IMG/VR virus record: IMGVR_UViG_3300029305_011880
DNA: 64,000 nucleotides
From: an uncultured virus (IMG/VR IMGVR_UViG_3300029305_011880)
Lineage: Duplodnaviria; Heunggongvirae; Uroviricota; Caudoviricetes
Strand: one strand, 5' to 3'
Of this stretch, positions 40,214-49,705 are shown one piece after another. How positions within the stretch are numbered: position 1 is the first letter of the stretch; each line of letters begins with the position of its first letter. The position numbers were made by a program, and so were the translations under genes. Under the pieces are notes generated by a model. The model saw nothing but the letters and a program-made list of their open reading frames with translations, had not been told where the DNA came from and did not search any database.

Positions 40214-40289
40214 TGGCGGCTCAGACGGGTGCTGCCCCCGCTATCTCCACTGTGACAGAGTGGCGAGTCTGCTGTTTCTCTTCAGAGCC
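40214..40289 (-). tRNA. tRNA-Asp(GTC), non-canonical T- and D-loops
   Basis: Anticodon arm CCACT-CTGTCAC-AGTGG, T-loop GGCAGCA, G73, CCA. Confidence 0.8.
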
Positions 40290-40299
40290 AAATATAAAA

Positions 40300-40375
40300 T
40301 GGAGCTACTACCCAGGCTTGAACTGGGGACTTCTTGCTTACCATGCAAGTACTCTACCGACTGAGTTATAGCAGC
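40300..40375 (-). tRNA. tRNA-Thr(GGT)
   Basis: Anticodon arm CTTGC-ATGGTAA-GCAAG, GTTCAAG, CCA. Confidence 0.93.
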
Positions 40376-40378
40376 ATA

Positions 40379-40455
40379 TGGTGACCTGTATGGGACTCGA
40401 ACCCATAACCTCCACCTTGAGAGGGTGGCGACTTAACCAATTCGTCGAACAGGCC
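40379..40455 (-). tRNA. tRNA-Glu(CTC)
   Basis: Anticodon arm CCACC-CTCTCAA-GGTGG, GTTCGAG, CCA. Confidence 0.93.
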
Positions 40456-40461
40456 ATAAAC

Positions 40462-40502
40462 AAAATAAAAAGAGGACATTCAGCGTGTCGCCAAATGTCC
40501 TC
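40462..40502 (-). terminator. Attenuator terminator just upstream of the first tRNA
   Basis: GAGGACAUUUGGCG-ACA-CGCUGAAUGUCCUC followed by UUUUUAUUUU. Confidence 0.85.
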
Positions 40503-40529
40503 ATAATAATCAAATTTTATAATTTGAAT

Positions 40530-40619
40530 TTATGCATGACAAATAGATGGCGACACCATACGTGCATCTCCATTACCTTCAGTATTTTCAGTTGTATTGA
40601 TAACTACGAACTTCAACAT
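40530..40619 (-). CDS. Leader peptide MLKFVVINTTENTEGNGDARMVSPSICHA (29 aa)
   Basis: AAAGGAGG RBS 9 nt before ATG. Lies between the promoter and the terminator. Contains GTGTCGCCA, complementary to the terminator. Confidence 0.8.
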   Translation of the reverse strand: MLKFVVINTTENTEGNGDARMVSPSICHA

Positions 40620-40734
40620 TATGGTTCGCCTCCTTTTTGTAAATTTTTGATTTATATAAATATATGTATTCGATAACGATTTAAAATATTATTAAAAAGT
40701 GTTTTACACTGTCTTTTTTTCGTTCTACGATATC

Positions 40735-40763
40735 ATTATAGCATATAAATTCCAAAAAGTCAA
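40735..40763 (-). promoter_or_regulatory. Near-consensus sigma-A promoter of the tRNA operon
   Basis: TTGACT-17 nt-TATAAT with TGn extension. Confidence 0.85.
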
Positions 40764-40784
40764 CCCCTTTTTGAAAATTTTTTA

Positions 40785-42029
40785 TTATTTTCGTTCGAGC
40801 AATCCATCCTGAATCATTCTATCAACAATTCCAAAATGAATTTCTAATTCATCAGCATCTTCAGTATACCAGTCAAATATTCTTTCTTCCCAACAAAGCT
40901 CGAAATCCCGAATAAATTCTTTCTCTTCGTCAGTAAATGTGTAGTAAGGATATGTTTCATCTACATTTGACTTGATGTAAGCTGTAACACTAGATAAGTC
41001 TCTTAGGATTATAACATTTTCATTTTTCCATTCTTGAATTATCTTTCTGGTCTCACTATTTAAGTAGTAATGATTAAACCACTCAACATAAATACTACTA
41101 TCAGAATTTATATCATATTTAGTTTGTGTTTTGAAATAGTCTACATCATCCTCTAAACTTTCGGATAAGAAAATATCTAAGTTACCAAAACTCTTCCCAT
41201 CATTATAAATATAATCATATCCCAAATTTAAATTTTCGGCCTGTTCTCCAACAAGTAAATGAGCATAATTTTCCCCTGAACCTTCATATGTCCAAGAAGA
41301 TGGTGCCAAATCATATTTAATATTCCCATATCCCATGTCTTCAAAAATATCATCTATCTCGAAACGAATTTTGCCTTCTTCCAATTCAATATTATAATCT
41401 CCTAATTCTTTTGCTATATAGAAGGCTTTATCATAATAAGTTTCATACATCTCTTTAGTTTGTTCTCTAGTAAAATATTTAGCCTCTTCGGGCATCTCAA
41501 TATTCTTTTTCCAAGAATCAGTATACCACATAGATACAATATGATTGATATTTTTACCAACTAAATATCTGCTATCTTTTAGATATATCATGTTGCCAAT
41601 CGTTTTTTGCCACATAGCCTTATATTCTTCGTCATTGTAAATGCTTTCAAAAGAAGAATATATATCTTCGTCTATATATTCTTTAAGCGTTTCCATGTCT
41701 AAGTCAATAGCAGCATTTACAACAACATTTAGATAATGGCTGATTTCAGCATCGGATAAATCTTCTTTATTCTCTGGTAATTGACCATTTTCTCTTATCC
41801 CAACAATCTCAACATCTTCTTCGGTTAAATTATTATCATTTTCAGAAGATGTATCGGCTTCATCATAACTATCTTCTACGTTATTCATGTCTTCATTATC
41901 TTGATTAATGACTGCATTATTCTCTTTATTATTTAAATCTTTTTCATCATTTGAGTTATTATTATTTCCGCACGCAACTAATGATAACATCATAACTCCT
42001 ACTAATATCAATGATAATACTTTTTTCAT
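40785..42029 (-). CDS. Acidic lipoprotein
   Basis: Lipobox LVAC after MKKVLSLILVGVMMLS, Asn/Asp-rich linker. Confidence 0.8.
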   Translation of the reverse strand: MKKVLSLILVGVMMLSLVACGNNNNSNDEKDLNNKENNAVINQDNEDMNNVEDSYDEADTSSENDNNLTEEDVEIVGIRENGQLPENKEDLSDAEISHYLNVVVNAAIDLDMETLKEYIDEDIYSSFESIYNDEEYKAMWQKTIGNMIYLKDSRYLVGKNINHIVSMWYTDSWKKNIEMPEEAKYFTREQTKEMYETYYDKAFYIAKELGDYNIELEEGKIRFEIDDIFEDMGYGNIKYDLAPSSWTYEGSGENYAHLLVGEQAENLNLGYDYIYNDGKSFGNLDIFLSESLEDDVDYFKTQTKYDINSDSSIYVEWFNHYYLNSETRKIIQEWKNENVIILRDLSSVTAYIKSNVDETYPYYTFTDEEKEFIRDFELCWEERIFDWYTEDADELEIHFGIVDRMIQDGLLERK

Positions 42030-42080
42030 ACAAAAACTCCTTTCAAAAAAATAGCAGCAGATTTATCTGCTGCTATGAGA

Positions 42081-43058
42081 TTAATTAATTACTACTTGAC
42101 CGTTATCTTCAACAATATTTAATTCTACGTTGGTATAGAAGTTTGCCAATTCAGAATTATTGTGAATCTCCCCGATGTCGCAATCTTCGACTCTGAAGAT
42201 TACTGGAGAATCGGTAAGAACGTTGACAGAATCGGCTTTAACATTTGTAAGGAAGAAACCGCCGTACAAACTACCGCCATAAATATAGATATTGCCATTA
42301 ACCTTAACATTAACTAAAGAAATTTTGAAGTTACCTTTTACAAAACTATCTTCCATAGCTCCCTGAGTAATAATCAAATCACCATTAATAGTTGTGTTTT
42401 CAAGATACGTCATTTTTTCTTTCAAAATAAAATTCCCATTATATACGGAACCCTTTACGATACCATTGGATACGTTGGGGAAAATCTTGTCCAGAGTAAC
42501 AATCATATCAGACACAGTAGCGATTCTACTTGGAAAAATGTAATCAGTAGATAAGTTTGACATGTAGCCTGCTTCTACAAATTCTTTAAAAATCTCTGCA
42601 TTTTCAGCAGAAACTTCGTCAATGTCGAGATATTCTGTAGTATCGACATCAGGGAAAGAAATAGGCAAGAAACTTAAATATGCAGGAATCTCTTCTCTAA
42701 GAATATATTGAGTAGGATAGAAAAAATCATCTTCTAACTCCATTAATCCATGAGAAACTGCTATCTGCACATAGTTGTAATACCAGTCACTTTCACTAAC
42801 GTCAAGAATTCTTTGTGGAGCACCTTCAAGCTGCAAATCAAAAGCTTCAACGAGCATATATGCTAAATTGGCTCTATCTAACTTAGTAGATATGTTAGTC
42901 AATTCATTTTTGCCAGAATAAATGTTGTAGTCAGACCAAGAGCTAAAAGTGCTTTTTTCCCACTTTGTCTCGTCGGCTAATGCAGGAATTGAAGATATAA
43001 CTAAAGCAGAAATAATTAATAGAGCAACAACTCCGTGCATGCTTTTCTTTAAATTCAT
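42081..43058 (-). CDS. S-layer homology (SLH) domain protein
   Basis: Signal peptide. Degenerate SLH repeats (DVSESDWYYNYVQIAVSHGLM...FYPTQYILREE). Confidence 0.75.
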   Translation of the reverse strand: MNLKKSMHGVVALLIISALVISSIPALADETKWEKSTFSSWSDYNIYSGKNELTNISTKLDRANLAYMLVEAFDLQLEGAPQRILDVSESDWYYNYVQIAVSHGLMELEDDFFYPTQYILREEIPAYLSFLPISFPDVDTTEYLDIDEVSAENAEIFKEFVEAGYMSNLSTDYIFPSRIATVSDMIVTLDKIFPNVSNGIVKGSVYNGNFILKEKMTYLENTTINGDLIITQGAMEDSFVKGNFKISLVNVKVNGNIYIYGGSLYGGFFLTNVKADSVNVLTDSPVIFRVEDCDIGEIHNNSELANFYTNVELNIVEDNGQVVIN

Positions 43059-43227
43059 TGCTATCACACCCCTTTTCGTAATATTTTAGTCTCACAATAA
43101 TTTTATCAACTACAAATATTATATAATAAAAAAATTTGCATTATTATCTTTTTGTTTTTAATTACTTTTAATTTTAATCTAAATACAATATAATAAATAA
43201 GAATAAATTACTTGAGAGGTGATATCA

Positions 43228-45540
43228 ATGGCAAAAGCAATAACCAATATTCCAACAATATCAAAAATTGAATATTTAAGTACAACAGACAGAGAGTTTA
43301 AAAACCCAGAAACAATTGCGGTTTTATCTTGTTATCTAGAAGGCGATAGATTTAAGAGTTTTGAAATTTCGAGTATTGACTTTGAAACAGGTATTATAGA
43401 AGCTGCTAACGGAGATTTGTTTAAAACCGAAAAGGCAGATAGTCTGGCAGACATCGCTAGTCAACTACAAAAAAGAACTCATGACATAGGAGCAGATATC
43501 CCTTCAGCAGAAGTCTCAGCAGAACAATTAAGAGATATAATGATTGAAGGAAGTTTTCTAACAATAGAGAATGAAGCAGGTGCACAATCATTTAGAATTG
43601 TAAATATGTATTATGATGTAGCTTCTGATGCTGAAAGAAATATAATACAATCTAAAATTGACGAAAAGCAAGAAACTATTGAAAAACTAAGAGAAAATCC
43701 CGAGGCAAATGGCGAAAAAATAGCAGACTTAACAGAAAAAACAAATTTAGCAAGCGCAAACATAGCCGAAGAAGGTGATAAGTCTGCAAAGTTTTTCACT
43801 GGTGTTGGTATGACACTTGTATTGCAAGACGAAGTTAGTGGCCAATATACAATAAGACATTTCAACGATTTAACATATTCCGATTTATCTAGAATGACAG
43901 GGTTTGAGTCACCAAGCGCAGAAAACCCAGATAAAGAATTAATTTCCAAATTAGAAGAAATAAGAGCCGAAATATCAAGAGAAAATGAACACCATTCGCA
44001 TAATTTTAAAGATGACCCCATGGAAATCAGAGGTTTCAGTAATTTATCTATCAAGGGAGATAAACTTACTGGTATTGCTGACGGAAGAAGAGTTTCTTTT
44101 GATTTGGCAGATGTAGAAGTTTCTTATAGCAGTAGAGGACTTTCATTAACTCATGTTTCAGAAAATGGAACTGTAGATGAGTATTTAGTAACAGGAGTAG
44201 CAAGAGATTGTCAAGCAAAATCTACAGAAACATTATTTAATACTATTTGTGACGCAAAACAAGTAGTAAGTATGTCTGATGTAATGACACAAGATAACCG
44301 TTCAAAAGTAATGCAAGAAATCCCATCTCTTGGAATCACACAAGAAAGTGTTTGGCAACCAGGTGCAAAAGCTCCCGAAACTTTATATACAGTTGCTGGA
44401 CAAAAGATGAAAGGCGAAGAATTAGAATCCACAGTATATGCATCCGAAGCTAATAACTTTATTGCCTTAAAAATAGGTAACGATACAAAAATTATGGGTT
44501 TTGGGGATTCTTCGATTGCAAAAACATCTGAAACTTTAGCAAGCATACAAAGAACGGACGATGGCTTCGTAGCTATAACACAAACAAATAATAAACAAAT
44601 ATCATTAGATTATGTCGATGCTCAAAACGGCATTGCTATAGCCAATGGAACCGTTTATAAGTTTGAAGGGGGCCCATCTTTCACCCCAATTGGAGGTGGG
44701 GAAGTAGATACTTCTCAAATATACATAAATAACAAAACAAATGAAATAGAACAATTAGTTCAAACGCACGCCGCCTCATCCAATAGATTAATTCAAAATT
44801 GGGACATAGTAACAGAAGGTAATACCCTTTATCTTGCAAGAAATAACCCAGTCATTGAAGATGGAAGAGTTGTAGGCATGGAAGTAGAAAGACTTAGAGA
44901 AATAACTGGTCTTTCCTTAGATGAAAACAGAGGGATTTTAAGAGTTAAATTTGATGAAGGCTTTGCCCATTTAGGAAATCCTTCAAATGTGGCCAGCGAA
45001 AACTCTATTTATACAAAAACGCTTGAAGATGGCACGGTCACAAGGGTTTCTATGGCAGAAGTAATAGAAAATAGTCCAAAAGGAATCGATACAGTAATAG
45101 AACAAATGAATAATGCCATAAATACAGAATATCAAGATTTTAAACTTATCAAGAACCCACAAGAATTCGTTGTAAATACTCCGCCTGAATGTTTTGTAAT
45201 CATGGAGAATAAACTTTATTTCAAAGAAGGAGACAATATTTATTCGAAAACAGAAATGCTTTCATACCAAGAAGTTAGAGATAAAATAGAAATTGCTTTT
45301 AATGCTCCAGCAGCACAAGAAACGGCACTACTAGAGAGATTGGCACAATCAGATTTATATACAACATTAAAAGATTTTAGAGATATAAGCGATATTGAAT
45401 TGGTTTCGAAAGAAACATTTGAAAAATTTGAAAGTGGCAGAGATATTGCTGATGATGAAAGAATAATAGCAAATACAACAGGCTCTTATGAAAGAGAATT
45501 ACCAGATGAAGGATTTGATATCCCGATGCAAATGGAATAA
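43228..45540 (+). CDS. Large acidic hypothetical protein
   Basis: ~770-aa open frame, GAGGTG RBS, no recognisable motif. Confidence 0.8.
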   Translation: MAKAITNIPTISKIEYLSTTDREFKNPETIAVLSCYLEGDRFKSFEISSIDFETGIIEAANGDLFKTEKADSLADIASQLQKRTHDIGADIPSAEVSAEQLRDIMIEGSFLTIENEAGAQSFRIVNMYYDVASDAERNIIQSKIDEKQETIEKLRENPEANGEKIADLTEKTNLASANIAEEGDKSAKFFTGVGMTLVLQDEVSGQYTIRHFNDLTYSDLSRMTGFESPSAENPDKELISKLEEIRAEISRENEHHSHNFKDDPMEIRGFSNLSIKGDKLTGIADGRRVSFDLADVEVSYSSRGLSLTHVSENGTVDEYLVTGVARDCQAKSTETLFNTICDAKQVVSMSDVMTQDNRSKVMQEIPSLGITQESVWQPGAKAPETLYTVAGQKMKGEELESTVYASEANNFIALKIGNDTKIMGFGDSSIAKTSETLASIQRTDDGFVAITQTNNKQISLDYVDAQNGIAIANGTVYKFEGGPSFTPIGGGEVDTSQIYINNKTNEIEQLVQTHAASSNRLIQNWDIVTEGNTLYLARNNPVIEDGRVVGMEVERLREITGLSLDENRGILRVKFDEGFAHLGNPSNVASENSIYTKTLEDGTVTRVSMAEVIENSPKGIDTVIEQMNNAINTEYQDFKLIKNPQEFVVNTPPECFVIMENKLYFKEGDNIYSKTEMLSYQEVRDKIEIAFNAPAAQETALLERLAQSDLYTTLKDFRDISDIELVSKETFEKFESGRDIADDERIIANTTGSYERELPDEGFDIPMQME

Positions 45541-45543
45541 TAT

Positions 45544-45575
45544 AAAAAGACCACGAAGTTTTTCGTGGTCTTTTT
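45544..45575. terminator. Bidirectional terminator
   Basis: AAAAAGACCACGAA/TTCGTGGTCTTTTT between convergent genes. Confidence 0.8.
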
Positions 45576-45576
45576 G

Positions 45577-47655
45577 TTATTTGACTTCTATTTCTTTTAT
45601 TATAAATTTACCCTGTACGATTTTTCGCCCTTTACCCGTTCTTATCAATTCTGGTAAATCAGCAACTTTAAAAGTTTTTGACTTCCCGTTTTCTCCAACA
45701 AACGAAAGAGCCTTTTCATCTTTTAAAATTTGGAATAAAATAATTTCTCCAGTCTTTATATAAGATTTCAGATATTTTCTAGAACAAATAAATTCGTCAG
45801 CCGAGATTATCTTCCCATAGTTTTCACTATCGACAACCAATATTTTATCTCCAGCTTTTGGCATAAAAGAGGCAATGATTTTTTCGCCATTAATAAAGTT
45901 TTCCAATGCTAAACCCTTATCTCTATTCCCACCGATAGGAATAGATTTTACAGGAACCAAATAAGAACCCCCATCATGAGTCACTATACATAGTTTATCA
46001 GTCTCTGCATAACCATCTCCCGATGTTTTAACTCTTTTTGCATAATTATTCTCGTCAATAACAACATCATAATTTTCAACAATCTCTTTAAATTCAGATT
46101 TACTGGAAACAATTTGCGTTTTTCTAGGTTTCCCATATTTAATCTTATACTCTTCTAAATGTTCTTTAATGTCTGCCAATAACTTTTTATCACTATTTAA
46201 AATGGCAGAGTATTTTTTGTTTTCTTTTTCAAGCTTAGTGATAGAATTTTGAATTTCCGTAGCTTTTAATTTAGAAAGTTCATGAACTTTCATCTCGAGT
46301 ATCATGTCAGCTTGAATTTCGGTGAATTTAAATTTAGAAATAGCTTTTTTGTCTTTTACTAAAAGATTAGGAATTTTATCAGTGTTACCAGTCATTAACG
46401 CATTTTTCATATCCGCATAAGAATTTGCATTTCTAACAATAGCAACAATCTGGTCAATATAATCATAAGCAACCAATAAACCACTTAATTTTTCAATTTG
46501 AATTAAATTCTTTTTATAAATGAAATCGTATTTTTTATAATAAATTTCTTTTTGAAATTTTACAAAAGAATCAATATAGTGCGCTAAAGACATAGTAACT
46601 GGTTTACCATCTTCTAAGCACAAAAATGAAAATTTAAAAGTGTCTTCATATGAAGTGTATTTATAAAGATAGCTTACGACAGTATCAATATTCATATCTT
46701 TACGAACTTCAATAACAATTCTTATCCCCTCTTTAGAGGATTCATCTCTCACAGCAGTAATCTGAAGTTCTTTTTTATCATGAGCCAGTTTAATAATAGA
46801 TTCAACAAATGATTCTTTTTTACCACTTACTGTATAAGGTATCTCTGTAATCACAATTGCATTTTTACTTCCAATGGTTTCTATTTTATGTTTCCCTCTA
46901 ACGGTAATATTACCAACTCCATCTTCGTAAATTTTCATCAAATCATTTTTATTACATACTATACCGCCAGTAGGAAAATCAGGGCCTTTTATTATTGGTA
47001 ATAAATCCTTTGTTGTACATCCAGGATTGTCAATTGAATAAATAATAGCATCAATAGACTCTTTTAAGTTATGCGTTGGAATATTAGTCATCATCCCAAC
47101 TGCAATACCAGTAATACCGTTCATCAATAGAATGGGCAATGTGGCAGGAATAACTACAGGTTCCTGTTTCTTTTCGTTAAAACTAAGACGCATATCCACA
47201 GTATTATACTTCAAATTCTCTACCATATCATCCGCAATCTCATGCAATCTAGCCTCTGTATAACGATAAGCAGCTGCGGGGTCACCATCTATTGACGAAA
47301 AGTTACCATGCCCATCAATTAATGGATTATTCAACTGAAACGGCTGCGTCAATCTAACCAACGCATCGTAAACACTTACATCCCCATGAGGATGAAATGC
47401 GCCTAGCACCAACCCGACAATTTCTGCGCACTTATTGTATGGCTTATTATAGTGCATACCTCTGTCTGCCATAGCATAAATAATACGTCTATGAACTGGT
47501 TTCATACCGTCTCTTACATCAGGAAGAGCTCTATCTGTTATAACAGACATTGAATAGTTAATATACGACTGCTGCATCTCCTCACTATAATCAACAACCG
47601 TAGTTTTACCAGTAGGTTTTACTGGTTTTTCTGTAGATTTCTTTTTTACAGCCAT
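45577..47655 (-). CDS. Type IIA topoisomerase subunit A (GyrA/ParC family)
   Basis: RALPDVRDGMKPVHRR, HPHGD, active-site AAYRYTEAR, GPDFPTGG. Short C-terminal domain. Confidence 0.95.
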   Translation of the reverse strand: MAVKKKSTEKPVKPTGKTTVVDYSEEMQQSYINYSMSVITDRALPDVRDGMKPVHRRIIYAMADRGMHYNKPYNKCAEIVGLVLGAFHPHGDVSVYDALVRLTQPFQLNNPLIDGHGNFSSIDGDPAAAYRYTEARLHEIADDMVENLKYNTVDMRLSFNEKKQEPVVIPATLPILLMNGITGIAVGMMTNIPTHNLKESIDAIIYSIDNPGCTTKDLLPIIKGPDFPTGGIVCNKNDLMKIYEDGVGNITVRGKHKIETIGSKNAIVITEIPYTVSGKKESFVESIIKLAHDKKELQITAVRDESSKEGIRIVIEVRKDMNIDTVVSYLYKYTSYEDTFKFSFLCLEDGKPVTMSLAHYIDSFVKFQKEIYYKKYDFIYKKNLIQIEKLSGLLVAYDYIDQIVAIVRNANSYADMKNALMTGNTDKIPNLLVKDKKAISKFKFTEIQADMILEMKVHELSKLKATEIQNSITKLEKENKKYSAILNSDKKLLADIKEHLEEYKIKYGKPRKTQIVSSKSEFKEIVENYDVVIDENNYAKRVKTSGDGYAETDKLCIVTHDGGSYLVPVKSIPIGGNRDKGLALENFINGEKIIASFMPKAGDKILVVDSENYGKIISADEFICSRKYLKSYIKTGEIILFQILKDEKALSFVGENGKSKTFKVADLPELIRTGKGRKIVQGKFIIKEIEVK

Positions 47656-47667
47656 GATATCAACTCC

Positions 47668-49623
47668 TTATAAATCAATTTTTGCTTTGTGGGCATTCTC
47701 TTCTATAAAAGCTCTACGAGGAGGCACCTTAGAACCCATTAAAACAGTAGTAGTTTGGTCAGCTTCTAAAATATCAGTAAGCTCAACCTGTTTAATATTT
47801 CTAGTTAAAGGATTCATTGTAGTCTCCCATAATTGTTCAGGATTCATTTCTCCCAATCCTTTAAATCGCTGCACAACATAACTACCTGCTTTTTGTTTTT
47901 TTGAGTAAGCAGCTAATTCTGCATCTGTATATAAATATTTAGATTCTTTACCTTTAATAACTTTATAAAGAGGTGCTTGAGCAATATATAAGTGCCCCTC
48001 TTCGATTAAAGGTCTCATATATCTATAAAAGAAAGTCATCATTAAAGTAGCAATATGCTGTCCGTCGACGTCTGCATCTGCCATAATAATAATTTTATCA
48101 TAATTCAATTTTGTGACATCGAAGTCTTCTCCGACGCCAGTACCCAATGATAAAATAACAGGTGCTAATTTATCATTATTATAAATTTGTTCTGGAGTCG
48201 TTTTTTCAACATTTAACATTTTACCCCAAAGAGGTAAAATAGCTTGAAATGTCCTATCTCTACCTTGCTTAGCAGAGCCTCCAGCAGAGTCACCTTCTAC
48301 AATAAATATTTCAGTCAATATCCCCTTACTAGGATTATTTTGTTTTTGACAAGCGGCCAATTTACTATTGCCAACACTGCTCTGTTTTTTGAAGAAGGTC
48401 TCCCTAGATTTAGACTCGGCGCTTCTAACTTTTTCAAATTTTTGCGCCTGCTCAATAATTGTTTTTACTAAATCTAGATTTTTGTCAAAATAACTTTCTA
48501 GTTCTTCAGAAAGAATTGTTTCAACAGCAGATTTAGCTTCTGTACTACCAAGCTTAGTTTTTGTTTGACCGTCAAACTGAGGGTCTTTAAATTTAATGGA
48601 AAGAACACAACTTAAGCCTGTACGAATATCTCTTCCATCAATAGAAGTAGATTTGCCTTTTAGCATATTGAGTTGGTTAGCAAATTTATTAACAACTTTA
48701 GTCAAAGCAGTTTTTGCTCCAGTAACATGCGTACCGCCATCAATAGTACTAATGTTATTACAAAATGAAATAATTGTCTCTGAAAAATCATTTATATTTT
48801 GCATTGCAAATTCAACTTCGCAATCTTCCCTAGCTCCAGATACATAAACAATATCACTAAATAAAATATCTTTATTTTTGTTCAATTCTTTTACATACCC
48901 AATAATGCCCTCAGTTTCGTGAAATTCATAAAATTTAGTTTCATCGCCACTATTGTCTTCAAATGTAAGAGACAAATTTTTATTAAGGTAAGAAATTTCT
49001 TTTAATCTCTTAATGATAACTTCAGGCTTAAATACAACAGTCTCAAAAATAGTATCATCAGGTAAAAATGTTACTCTGGTACCAACATCTTCAGTTTTCC
49101 CAATAGGCTTTAACTCACCATTTTTAAGAGCTGTTTTTGGATTACCACCATTTACATATTCGTCTTTGTAAATTTTACCATTTTTAAATATTTCAATACT
49201 AACATACTTAGACAAAGCATTAACAACAGATATTCCTACTCCGTGCAAACCACCAGAAAACTTATAAGCATTTTCATCGAACTTACCACCAGAGTGCAAA
49301 ACGGTCAATATTACACGTTCTGTGCATATACCATTAGGATACTTTTCTTTAGGATAGTCTTTTGTATTATCATGCAAGTCGATAGGCATACCACGACCAT
49401 TGTCTTTGACGCTGATACTGCCGTCTTTGTTCAATACGATATCAATTTTATTACAATATCCAGATAAATGCTCATCAATAGCATTATCAAGTACTTCCCA
49501 TAATAAATGGTGCAAACCACGAGAGCCAGTACTACCAATATACATACCAGGTCTTTTTCTAACAGGGTCTAAACCTTCCAGTACTTGTATATTTTTACCA
49601 GAATATTCTTTATTCAATATCAT
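47668..49623 (-). CDS. Type IIA topoisomerase subunit B (GyrB/ParE family)
   Basis: VRKRPGMYIG, DNGRGMP, GGLHGVG, EGDSAGG, DADVDG, RFKGLGEM. Confidence 0.95.
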   Translation of the reverse strand: MILNKEYSGKNIQVLEGLDPVRKRPGMYIGSTGSRGLHHLLWEVLDNAIDEHLSGYCNKIDIVLNKDGSISVKDNGRGMPIDLHDNTKDYPKEKYPNGICTERVILTVLHSGGKFDENAYKFSGGLHGVGISVVNALSKYVSIEIFKNGKIYKDEYVNGGNPKTALKNGELKPIGKTEDVGTRVTFLPDDTIFETVVFKPEVIIKRLKEISYLNKNLSLTFEDNSGDETKFYEFHETEGIIGYVKELNKNKDILFSDIVYVSGAREDCEVEFAMQNINDFSETIISFCNNISTIDGGTHVTGAKTALTKVVNKFANQLNMLKGKSTSIDGRDIRTGLSCVLSIKFKDPQFDGQTKTKLGSTEAKSAVETILSEELESYFDKNLDLVKTIIEQAQKFEKVRSAESKSRETFFKKQSSVGNSKLAACQKQNNPSKGILTEIFIVEGDSAGGSAKQGRDRTFQAILPLWGKMLNVEKTTPEQIYNNDKLAPVILSLGTGVGEDFDVTKLNYDKIIIMADADVDGQHIATLMMTFFYRYMRPLIEEGHLYIAQAPLYKVIKGKESKYLYTDAELAAYSKKQKAGSYVVQRFKGLGEMNPEQLWETTMNPLTRNIKQVELTDILEADQTTTVLMGSKVPPRRAFIEENAHKAKIDL

Positions 49624-49705
49624 CACACTCCTTATCAAATAATCTTGTTTATTATATTTTATACAAATATCTTTTATTCATCAACAAAATTTATGGAGGA
49701 TTATA

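Noticed and set aside
37721..40375. A32 in tRNA-Thr loops as an anomaly
   Set aside because: A32 occurs in ordinary Firmicutes tRNA-Thr(GGU), so it is not distinctive.
35916..40676. ORF-track entries overlapping tRNAs or RNAs (35916..36215, 36910..37155, 37134..37328, 39441..39638, 39629..39817, 39729..39911, 40485..40676)
   Set aside because: They are translations of tRNA or structured RNA sequence. The credible small ORF is the minus-strand leader 40530..40619.
5150..43100. Recurring intergenic AGACT(A/T) motif (e.g. ~5155, 11815, 15765, 20788, 32755, 43088)
   Set aside because: Too short to separate from chance in AT-rich DNA without a motif-enrichment computation.
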